A DNA stretch of 64,000 nucleotides from Dimorphilus gyrociliatus (taxonomy: Eukaryota > Animalia > Annelida), in assembly GCA_904063045.1 (NCBI GenBank), contig CAJFCJ010000018.1, positions 62,001 to 126,000 of the forward strand. The letters run 5' to 3'. How positions within the stretch are numbered: position 1 is the first letter of the stretch; each line of letters begins with the position of its first letter. Of the stretch, positions 51,327 through 62,827 are shown piece by piece. The translations under genes and the position numbers were made by a program. Below the pieces are notes generated by a model. It did no database searches. It saw nothing but the letters and a program-made list of their open reading frames with translations, and was not told where the DNA came from.

Positions 51327-54300
51327 ATGGAAAATTTTTCTGATCGAGAATTTCAATTATTTTTGCTAAAAATTCAAAATTTATTGAAAAAACAAAGTAC
51401 AGAAATATTGGCTGAATTTAAGGAACATGTAGCAAGTATTACAGAGGAGGATACAGATAATCTAGACCCTAGACAGTTGATCAAGCTTTTAAAAGACACA
51501 CAACTTATCCTTAAGACTAATGTTGAAATACTAAGAGAAATTTTTATTGGAATAAATCTGGAACATTTATATAAAAATGTCATCGCCCAAGTTAAATCTC
51601 CAAGTACTGAAGGTGTGTTTGTGCTCCTAGGTAACTAATTTATAAGTATAGTTTTCCACAGAACCACCTCCACTAAAAACCTTTCGGAACGCGGCAAAGG
51701 AAATTTTATGGGATTATGTTGAAAGTGATCCGCAACAAATACGCCATGAAACAATCAAGAAGGATCATGATGTACCTTCAGAAAGGACACATTTTACTGA
51801 AGAGGAATCAAGTGAGCATGAATCAACCGAGAGTACATCACACTCTAACGATATCGTGTTAAGAAATTATCAACTTGAATTGGCCGAAGAAGGATTATCT
51901 GGTGAAAATACTATTATATGCGCTCCTACTGGTTCTGGCAAGACCTATACTGCTGCCCATATATGTTCAGAGAGATCACGCAAAATTACAAGTACAAAAC
52001 ATAACGGCGTAAGAATTGTATTTGTTGTTCCATTAAAAGCTTTGAAAGACCAGCAAAGAAAAGCTTTTCGTGCATACTTTGAAAATGTTCATTCTGTCGG
52101 GCCTGATAACACTCTGAGGGAACTTTTAAAGTCTCCAAATAAAGCTGCTGTCGTAGTTATGTTAACCGCTCAGAATTTAGTTAATGCTATAGAAGAACCG
52201 AGCAGTTCTAACAGAAAAGTGGCACTAGAGGAAATAGACATTTTAGTTATGGATGAATGTCATCATACTAAAAAAAACCATCCTTATGCTAAAATTATGC
52301 ATCACTGTATGCAAAATACTGTGGCTAACAAGCAGATTCCTCAGCTGATTGGACTCTCGGCTTCTCTGGGTGCTGGGAGTAAAGGTGAAGAGTTTGTGAC
52401 TTCTGAAGAGTCCATAACTTTCAATCATTACGTAAATTTATGTGCATTTTATCATGCCCATAAAATTTCGTACGTTGTGAACTATAGACAAGAAATAGAA
52501 CAATTAATTAATAAATCAGAAGAATTAATAAAACCTGTACCTGCACGAAAACAAGGAGACTATATATCTGTTCTTCGAGAAATAAGTGAGAGAATAATGA
52601 AAGATGAGGATGCTCATTTTGCCGAAATCGGTTTTGATATAACATCCTCACAATTTGAAAATTGGATTGTTGATCAAAAAAACAAAGCTATTTCTAATGG
52701 TGAAGCAGTTACGAAAGATGCCTGCTTTTATTTACAACACCTACGAAAGGCAGTAATGTTTTATGAAGATTTTCAAATAGAGGATTCTTACTTATATTTG
52801 AACGAAATATTTAGTAATTGTCATGATGTTACATCACCCAATCGTACAAAATGGATAAGAGTCTTTCATGAGTATATTGACAGAATAGACATTGCACGCC
52901 ATCAAGATTTACTTGAAAATAATCAACTTGTAGAAATTCTCATAAAAGAAATTAAGGAAATTTACAATAAAAATCCAAAATCCCAAGGTAAATGTAGTTC
53001 TGTATATAAACTCTATAGTCAGATCAACACCTTAGTAATCTACTACTATGAGTAATAATTATTTTATAGCTATATTTTAAAATTAGCTGTGTAGTTTAAT
53101 TCAAAATTCTTATATCAGGATTAATCCTCTGTCGAACTGTCTATGGAACAAGAGCCCTTCATAGAATAATTACAGAACAGATGCCTAATTACAAAGTTTC
53201 TCAGATATTTGGGACAAATCAATGCGACGGAAAGATTCAGATGACGGAAAAGTCACAACAACGAATTTTAAATTGTTTTCGAGACGGCAAACTACAAATA
53301 TTAGTAGGAACGGATATTCTACAAGAAGCCCATGATCTACCTGCTTGTAATTTCGTTATTCGTTATAATTTTGTTAGTAATGAAATTGGATCTGTTCAGG
53401 TTGTATTCCTTTAGAGTTTTAAAACTTTCTATTTAAGATTAAATTTCCACTCTTTAAAAAAAATATTTAGGCTCAAGGCAGAGCAAGAGCAAAGGATAGC
53501 CAGTGCGTATTAATCGTTCGTGAAGACTCTAATGAGTTAATGCGTGAGCAGCGAAATCGAATACGTGAAATTAAAATGATTGAAACTTTGGATGAAATAA
53601 ATAGCGATCCAAGTCGTATTCGTATGTTAGTTGACAAAGCTATAGTATGTTTGTAAATTAGTTAAAACAAAGTAATTAAAATACATGTATATTTTCAACA
53701 GAATGAAAATATAGAAGAGGAAATTAGAAGATCCAGAGTTACGCGTGAAGATTCTGAAGTTGATTTATCAACGTTTGTCTTCTGTTGTGGATCTTGCGCG
53801 AGAGGTGATCATTTAAAACATTAATTAGTAAGAGACAGTAAAACAGTTTATATATTTTAGAATTGTTTACTGCTGATCAACTAAGAAAGAATGGTCAACA
53901 ATACATTTGCATAGATCCAGAATTTCCCAGCAAAATAGATATTACTAACTACTCCACTCCTATGCCATTTAGTAGGGATGACCATGAAGGTAAAAAACTG
54001 AAAATGTTATGTTGATTCACTTTGAGTAATATTTGGGGTATTTAACAAACTTTTTGTTTATCTATTATCACGTGAAAAGATAGCAAAACTCAAATAATAT
54101 ACAACTAAAATGGATCGATTAAAGACTTTCTTTAGAACCTAGTTTAGATCTATTGTTTTCTTTTTTTCATAGGTAAATTCTTCTGCAAGGCTGCCGAGTG
54201 TTCGGATCGAAAAGAGAAGAGAGATAGTTTGGGAACTTTAATTAGATATAAATGCCCTTATCCACGTGAAATAGGATATGTCATGTCTATAAGAGCTTTA

Positions 54301-54393
54301 AGTATGAGGAAAGTAGATACTGCAAGACCTTCCCCACTGAAAAAATGGACAAAACTTCTATTTCCTGAAAATTGTATTATAAGAGATGAATAA
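51327..54393 (+). CDS. RIG-I-like receptor DExD/H helicase with single N-terminal death-fold (DED-like) domain and zinc-binding CTD
   Basis: Intact and phase-consistent: exon 1 51327-51612, exon 2 from 51662. Walker A APTGSGKT, Walker B MDECHH, motif III GLSAS, Hel2 and QAQGRAR, CTD FCCGSC...FFCKAAEC...KKW. Stop at 54391-54393. Confidence 0.92.
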
Positions 54394-54685
54394 AAACTCT
54401 TCTTTAGGATTCGTTATTAAAAGAGTTTTGAAAAACTTAGTAACTACTAATGCCATCTACTTAGAAAATTTCAGCTTTATTCATTTAGTTTAATTTTTTT
54501 GAGGAAAATAATAAATGTTTTAAATTAATAAAATAAAATTGTCTGAAAACAAGGCAAGCAAAAAGAAGGTGCAGGAAATTTTACTCCCTGGGCATCGCCT
54601 TAAAGGCCTAAATATCAACGCTATTCTGCATTCCATTAACGTTAAAGAGAGACGAGTTGAAATTTGTTTGGTCGTCCATCATGGT

Positions 54686-57600
54686 TTACAACATTGAAAT
54701 ATGGGTAATTTGTGATTTTTCAGTTTTTCGTAAGTCTAATTCAACGATTACGTAAAGACAAATCGCAAAAAGCGTAGATGAACCAAGGAAGAGAACTTTA
54801 ATCCTTGTGCACAAAAAGTAGGAGAAGGCAAAGGAGAGGGCAAACCCCAGTGTTTGGAAGAGACGAAAATTAGCAAAAGCTGCATGTTGTTCGTTGGAAA
54901 AAAGAAGAGCGAAGATAGCTGTTTGAAAATAAGTATATATAGTATATGTACAGTATATATATTTTATATATATGCACCGGTATACATTAATAGTTTTATA
55001 ATAAATATATAAAACTTCGAAAAAGTCAACAAGGGGATTTATTGTAGAAGTATGTAATTTATTATAAAAGCTTTATAGCTACAGAAGGCCCTGAATTGAC
55101 CTTTTCAAGTACTCAAATTGGATAAAATAAAAGCCTATAGCCTCCTATTCAACATATTTGGTCCATGCAACGAATGTTTCATTGGCTTGATTAGATAAAC
55201 CTTTCAAAAATAATTATATAAGTGCTTGTCTGCTGCTTATCTGCTCCTTTTTGTCCTGGGATTATAAAATGTCAATTTAACAATCCCAGTGTAAAGAGAA
55301 AAGGATTCCTTCTTTGCTGTCAATGAAATTTCCTTATCTATTTAAAGTACCGATTTAGCTAGACCTTGCCGAAAAGAATAGAAAATTCCGTCTTTTCAAC
55401 AGCGAATCTCTCTTGTTCTTATTTCACAGTCAGTTGAGTGACGGATCAATTTATAATATGAGTATATTTGCGGTTCTATCGGTAGTAGTAGATTTGAGTG
55501 AAGAAAAGTCAGTTTTCTGCAGTAGTTAGTTTCTAAAAACCTATCTGCAGTTTTCCTTTAACATTTCAAGAAATTAGTAGTGTTGGCGGAAAATAATAGA
55601 TATTTAACTTTACCCTTCTTCGTCTCTAAAGTCTTCCCTTATATGTTATTTTTAGGTAACGTCCTTTAGTTATTAATTTTACTTTTTTCTTAATTCGATC
55701 TTTCACACGTCAAGATACACCTTTTGGCGTTATTGTAATAGGAAATGACAAAATTGACTCCTTATATTACCGTCCATTTATTAATATTTACTAAAAATAG
55801 AACTTGAATAGGAAAAATAAGGATTAGATAGTAATTTATATAAATTTATATGAAATAAGAAATTTCTAGAAATAACAAATAATAGAATTTTTCTTCATAA
55901 AAAATGATAGGTGGATAAAAACAAGTTGAAATATGCTTGTTGTTTTTTTTTCTTTTCATTTTTCTCCATCGTTGTTTATCTTATTTAACTATTTGTGTTT
56001 AGTAATGATCGCCCTTCACTAGGAATCAGTGTCAGACTTGCATCAACTATACCCTATAATTATTAGGTTTACAAGAGCCACAGTAAACTATTGCTTATCA
56101 AACGAATCACGTAAAGTTTTTAAAAATAAGATTACTATTACGATTTTTGCAGTTTTCTTCAAGGGTAAAAGGGGATTAGGTAGATGAAAGACGGAAAATG
56201 AAAAAATTGTTTATGAGATAAAAAAAAAGGGCAAATGTGAAGAAGTCGGAGCGTGAGTGAAAGAGACAAGAGAAGACGTAGGGTGATAGATAGAGAGAAG
56301 AGGAGGAAAAACAAGTTTTCCATCGATTTCTGTCAAACGCATATTTTTTGTCAATACTTACTTTTCGTGTGAGTTTGCCAAATAGCATCGCACAAACCGA
56401 AAGCTGCTGCTACAACGTATACAACGGCGCGATCATCGGCAGCTGGACGCCAAAAGAGCAACACAATTAGCAATAAGAGATTAAAGACCGTCGCTGCTGA
56501 AACCACTGCTAATCTGGGTACGTGTTTATTCACAGGACCAAGGCCTATGGCTGTCAGACAGTTGACTAGGCCAAAACTTATTGTTGCAAGCCCGATGTGT
56601 TCCTCGCCCAAGATACAGCCAGCATACCACTGTTGGGAAAAGAGTAAAAAAAACAACTTATATGAAGTAAAAGTAGGAAAAAGACTAGAAAATTTTATTA
56701 TCGTGAGGAATCGATACGAAAATTGGAGTTGGTAAAACCTTCCCGCCAGAAAAACATGAATATTAATTAGGAATTTAAAATTGGATTTGGAGGCACCTAT
56801 AGTCAAGTTGACTGCTGCCTATTTACAGTTGTAAATTTTTTATATTGTATGAATTTATTTCGAATTTGACGATTGATTGCCATAACCGAAATACTGTATA
56901 TTAGTTTATCCTCCTATATTCTTGATATTTTCCTTTCATTTCTGCTGTTAGCCAAGACTACTGACAATTTTCTATTGCCAAATGATCTTTCTCATTCATC
57001 TACCATGACTTATTAAGTCATGTGTGTGCACACATTCCCAGGCATTTCAAACACGAACTAGTTTTTTGTTATAATTCATTAGAATCACTATACACATTTC
57101 TATTTATATAAAATATAGCCGTTAAATGTCAGTAATCAGAAAAATATACTTCAATTTTACTTTTGTTTTCTTTCAGTCAAACGTGTAGTAAACAAATCTA
57201 AAGCAATGCATAATCAGTAAGTCTGAAAAGTAGGCCTATTCACCATTTCCTATTTGTTTCTTCTTAATAATCTAAAATGTTTTTACTAGAACTAGTTCTA
57301 ATCGATATTCGACTGAAAAGATATATCAATGGCTTCCACTAGTTAATTGCACTATATAATTAAGTAATAAAATCAAAATATTAGAAGGAGATAGTATATA
57401 GTATATTTTCTTCTGGGAATTAAAGGACCCACGATATCAATGATATTCATCCGAGATTTTGCGATCGCGAAGATAAATGTCGGCAGCTGAATTGGTCTTC
57501 GATTTACAACGTTTTCCGAGAAAAACCGTAAAAATAATAATATCCGTTTCCAATCACAGATTTCAATATCATATTAATAATTAAAGTAATTTTATTTTAC

Positions 57601-60600
57601 TACAAAAGAATCTGAGTCATCAATCGGAATAAAATTCTGTGATGCACAATCTAAAGGATAAAGATATGACCTTAATAAAGAGAATTCTTTTTATTTTTTA
57701 TTTACTCTCAGTACCTGCTATCAAAGTTCTGATAATATTCTTCAGAGTATGCAAATATATGGTGCACTGCATCACTGGGCGTCACTGGCTATTAGCGACA
57801 AACTAAACTGACGGCCTATTTTACTCAAGAAAGAGTAAGCAGAAAATTTATTTTTTTGTTTTTTTTTATCCTCTTTCTGTAAAGACATTTCAGTGTCGAC
57901 ATATTTTAAATAGGCCATTAGTCACAGCCGTTACAAATGAACAGTAGTTTAGAAGGACCTTAATTTTGCAGATTAATTGAGTGTAAGCTTCTCTTTTCAG
58001 ATTGGGCCTAATGCCACTTTACTAACCGAAAACAATTGGTCTGACGCTCAGAACTAAAAAAAAACAACCTTTCAATAGATATACTTTACAATAAGGATGT
58101 AAATTATACATATTGCGTATGTGGAGAGAAACTCCCTTGAATAAATCATTAGGTAAATAGAATAGGCCATAATTTACCTGCAGGCCATTAACGAACTTTT
58201 AAATTAACTTTTTTTTTATCATTGTCCCTAAATAATCTAATACTAGATCTTTATAAAATCCTATAGCAATTTCCCAACGGCAAGATATTTTTTTTCGTTA
58301 CTAAAAACAATAAACAAATTTTTAAATATCAGTCTGAAACTAAAGGCTGAAGAAAGAAGACGCGACTAAACGAAAAGGAATTAAATTAAATTGAACTATT
58401 CTTACGCCTTTAATCATCTATAGTTAAGATAGAACCGAAATTATCTTATTATCATATAAATTAGTAGCGTAAACGTATATCCTTTGAATTATCACTTCGT
58501 AAATTTATCATTTAACGATTGAAAAAAAAGTTACGTAATGAAGAGTTATGTAAGAGTAAAATTCTGTTTAGTATGCTTCAAGCGTTTTCTCATTTCCGAA
58601 CAGTTGGCTCCCAAATTCCTTTTAAGAACCTTAGATGCAGTTTCCAGCACCATTTGTTACCATACACTGCACATAAAAATATAAAATTTTTGTGAGATAG
58701 ATCTATTCTATTGAGATATAAGATTTCCAGGTCTAAGAATAAGGCAGCTAGAACATTGCAGCAGAATCGTTCCCGTATAAATGAGGTCGTCTAAGTGCTT
58801 CTTGTCATTAGTGTTTGCTTTTTCTTTTATATGCTTTCCTTTTTTTTGCATGCAACAATTCTTCTCCGATTTCCCCGTTTAGCTAGTAAAAACCTTTTTC
58901 ATTTCACAGATTGATGTTGCATTGCGAATGAAAGAGGAATCATAGGCCTTTGCGTCCTCAAAGATTTAATGTCCAGTGAAAGGACATCATTTTTAGAAAA
59001 CACTACCATTTCAAAGAAGAGAATCATAGAGAAACTAGTAATAAATAAAGCGGAATATGAAATGAATCTTCCGTTTAGACTATCTACTTCTGTGTTAAGA
59101 GAATCTATTATGCGGAAAATTTTACGTTTCTTGCAAGATTGCGCTATTCTAGGATATAACTTAATCGGATTGTATATGTTATATGGCGTGAGAGAGCGGT
59201 GTTAGAAAAGACCTTTTCTCACAAAGTTAAGGGCTTTTTGTGTAAGGCAATTGGCAAAATATAGAATTGAGTAACAAATAGTGTGAAAAAAAAACGGAAA
59301 AAGGAGCAGACTTTCCCCTTAAACTCTTCAATGAACTTCCTTTCTTTTAACACATTTAGTTTCTTTTCTAAAGTTAAAAGATTTTCCAGCTCCTTTTCAA
59401 GGGTAAATGGTAAAGATATTAAGATATTAAACTCACTTTGGCAAAGTCCCCAACAATAAAGGCTTGCTCTATACCAGTACAAACAATCAAGGGTAGAAGA
59501 AGCAGTAATCTACGATTCATCAACAAACGAACCGTATCCAATAGGGCTTCTCGGGTACTACAACGTCCACAAGAGTTCTCTTTTAAATCATCTAAAAAAG
59601 AAACTAATAAAAGTACTCCAATAAGGACACAAGCAGCACTGAATATAGTAATGAATTTTTGAGCATTGTCTGTGATTTGCGGTAGAAGCAATGAATAGCT
59701 GACTGGATTACAGTTGGTCGCTCCACATTCTGGTATTATAGTAGAGTTGCCTGCAGCTGTTGAATTTGAATGCTTAAGCAAAAATGTTGCAGCCAATCCG
59801 CTAAAAATTCTCGATGTTCTTGTTGTTGACTCGAACAGTGAGACACTACGACCAACTGCTTGTTCTGCTGTCTCTTTCGAATTTTCGATTGATCTGTAAC
59901 GTTTTTTTTTACATTAGAAAGCTTTATTGTAAGAATATATGAAAAAAAATTCCCTTATTGATTTTTATTGTTATTTTTCTTTTAATTCGTATGTACTGTG
60001 TATGTTTTATGTGTAATAATTCGATATAGGGTTGGAGAAGATAATTCATTTATGACTGAGTTTCTATTATTTTTGACCCTTCATATATTAATATAAAGTA
60101 TATATATATACTGTATATATATTACATAAAATAAGGTTTAACCTGTGGTAATAGAAGCTGGCGCTTAGAAACATTACTTATTCATTGTTTGTAAAGCTAT
60201 TTCCTTGATTTTTTTTAAGCGAAAAAGCTTACTAAATGTACAAGAATATATATTCAATGTTATAATTGAATTTTTTTTGCTGCATACGTAATGCACTAAC
60301 GAATAATAAAAACTCTTTATTGGCTTGCTTATTCATCTATAGATTTTGAATGATGCAAGCAAATTCATATAAACTATTTAACAAGTTGTTTGTTACAGGT
60401 AAAACGCCTACAAGTTTAATCTTCTCATTTTATCAAATATCTAGTATGTTTTAAAAGTCAATCTCAATTCTTTCTACGTTTAATTTCCTTCTCCATTTTA
60501 TTGTCCTTGTTGATTTCATTACATTATATCCTTTTTAAAGTTATTCTTCCTATAATAGTTAATATCGAAAATCAATCCAAATGAAGATCATTTGCCATTT

Positions 60601-62767
60601 TAATACGATGTATATGTTCGCTAACATTAATCATCTCAATTGTAGGAAAATAGAAACATTTTTTTGGTTTTATTTTTTCAGGCTGTATAAATAAGACTTA
60701 ATGAAATTTGCTAGAATAGCGAGAAATTTTGATAAAATAGACTATTCATCCTTGGGGATAACTGATAGAGTATAATTAATAAAAAACGATGAGAAAACCT
60801 TGTACATATAAACCAAAATTACAATGGACAAATAATATTATATGATTTAAAGGATTATTCCCACTAAGCAGCTTACTACATTGACAAAAGAAATTAAGAA
60901 TAGACAGAACGATCAAGAATTATAGTTTATTGACTCGGAAAAGGGATATTAACTTTCTATGCTACTTTATATTTCTACAATCTTGGATATTTCTCGAAAA
61001 ACAGAATCATTTAGTTTGATTGAAATAGATTGAAAACACTCTATTGATTCACTTCTCTTTTGTTCATACTTTTAAAGGCTCAGGCGCACTCATATTAATT
61101 TCTATCTTTCGTAAGAAAACAGTAACAATCCTAATCATCATTACTATATTGCTAATCACCTGAAAGCAACATGTGAAGAAAGACCTTCTACATTATTTAT
61201 TGTCAAGGACTATCTCTTTTCTCGCTTCTTTTACATTAGAAAGCTTCTAAAAGCTCTATAGAACGCTGTAGAGGGTCCAAAAGGGTTAGTTATAAGAGAA
61301 TATCAATTAAATGACAGGGAAATTTAAAGTAGACCGTTCAAGCCAAATGTATTAAACTTGTCTATATTGTGAGTTAGAATAGAGTTTGTCAGCTTTTGTA
61401 TATTAATTGTTACAGATGCTTTTCAAATGCTTCGTTTCAATAGCCAATTTGGTCCAAACGAAATAGACTATATGATTCATACGAATAATTTTATATATTT
61501 ACATGTCAATATAAATATATTGTATATACACTATATACGTCTTTTTTGTATGTTGTACATTGTATATCTGACTTAAATCTATCGTTTAGAAATCTGAAAG
61601 AGAAATTTTATACAAGACATAAGAATAACGCAAACAGTAAATTTTGTCACAGAGGCAATAAGCTAAATGCATATTTCGAAGAGACACAATTCGCCAAAAT
61701 TAGTAATATCTTAAGGATATTGCACATATTTTTAGATGAAAATATAAGAAGCTGATAAATTATAGAAAGGATAGCTACTTCTTAGAATCCAAAATCTATG
61801 TTGATTGCTTTTAATTATTAAATCTTAACTAGATATTAAAGTTTGTCTGACGCTAATCTTAGGACATTTGCGTATTGATGATGTCAAGAAATATATGATA
61901 TAATAGTTTGTACACCATTTTCTAGTTCATATTTTAATCAATGAATCAATTTACAATTGGTTGTTTAAGCCCTCTTTTAACTTTTAAAACTGCTGATTTA
62001 TAAACAATTTTTACGAAAAAATCTATCGATTGCGCCTGTCATAGAAATGCAATAGACTGCAATGATTTCTCCAATCTCCATATAAACTATAATTATTTTG
62101 CGTGTTGTTTAACATGATATACATTCACAATATGTATAATGTATATACTGTATATGTTCACTTGTATAATTAAAAACAAAGAAACCTGCTAGGAACCTGG
62201 AATGAATTAAATATGAATGTTTTCTTGATTACAATCATTTTTAAATAAATACCAGCTTTGTATTAAACTTTTTTCAATCTCATTACTCTACTTCAAAAGA
62301 AAATCAAGCTAATTTCTATATTTCTCTCATAAAGAGATTTTACAAGTTGATGTTTCAATATATTTATATATAACAGTTTTGATCCGATAATAAGCTTACC
62401 TATAGGTTAATGTTGTCAAGTAAGAGCATTGTGCACTCCAAAGAGGGGCCGTAATTAAACCCAAGAGAATAGCTGAGGGAAGTAAGACTTGATGTGATGG
62501 AACTGAGGAAGATGTTGCATAAACCAATAGAAGGATACCGCTAATTGCCATCGTTTTTTTCAATCCAAAAGTCTTCAGAAGAAGGGGTACCAACAAACAT
62601 GAAAAAACTGTTACTCCATGCAGAACACCTAAAGATGCTATACCCTCAGAGGATTTGTGGCCGTAATGGAGAATTTGAAGTAGGTCGAGTGCGGAATGGA
62701 AAAGTAGGAAAGAGACAGATAGAATAAAGAGGTTGCATTTCGTTTGCCTTTGACAGCAACGCTTCAT
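54686..62767 (-). CDS. UNC93A: UNC-93 family MFS-like membrane protein (UNC93A-like), about 441 aa
   Basis: Phase-consistent exons 62767-62400 (FGLKKTM..APLWSAQCSYLT), 59893-59437 (LLLLLPLIVCTGIEQAFIVGDF), 56629-56362 (YAGCILG..FGLCDAIWQT), 54918-54686 (AAFANFRLFQTLGFALSF..stop). Confidence 0.93.
57206..57811 (+). CDS. Candidate nested antisense small gene (about 70 aa) inside UNC93A intron 2
   Basis: Putative exons 57177-57216 (strong acceptor, donor gtaagt, ATG at 57206), 57426-57527 and 57712 onward (strong acceptor) join in phase, giving MHNQTHDINDIHPRFCDREDKCRQLNWSSIYNVFREKPTCYQSSDNILQSMQIYGALHHWASLAISDKLN-stop. A 50-nt gtaagc..ag intron follows at 57835-57884. No homology recognised. 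Confidence 0.35.
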
Positions 62768-62811
62768 CGTTACGAATGGAGAGAGAGAGTGTGTTTAGGT
62801 TTAATGCGTTT

Positions 62812-62827
62812 TAGCGCCATCTCGCTG
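62812..62827 (-). promoter_or_regulatory. CTCF-like / YY1-like motif just upstream of the UNC93A start
   Basis: Reverse complement CAGCGAGATGGCGCTA, about 45 nt upstream of the ATG at 62767. Confidence 0.4.

Noticed and set aside
58915-59205. Faint resemblance of the ORF to an IS630/Tc1 DDE transposase
   Set aside because: No intact D/D/E residues, no terminal inverted repeats or TA target duplication seen. Not supportable as a mobile element.
60682-61262. Second possible three-exon + strand ORF in UNC93A intron 1 (MKFARIARNF...)
   Set aside because: It needs weak splice sites chosen among several alternatives, and competing signals exist on both strands.
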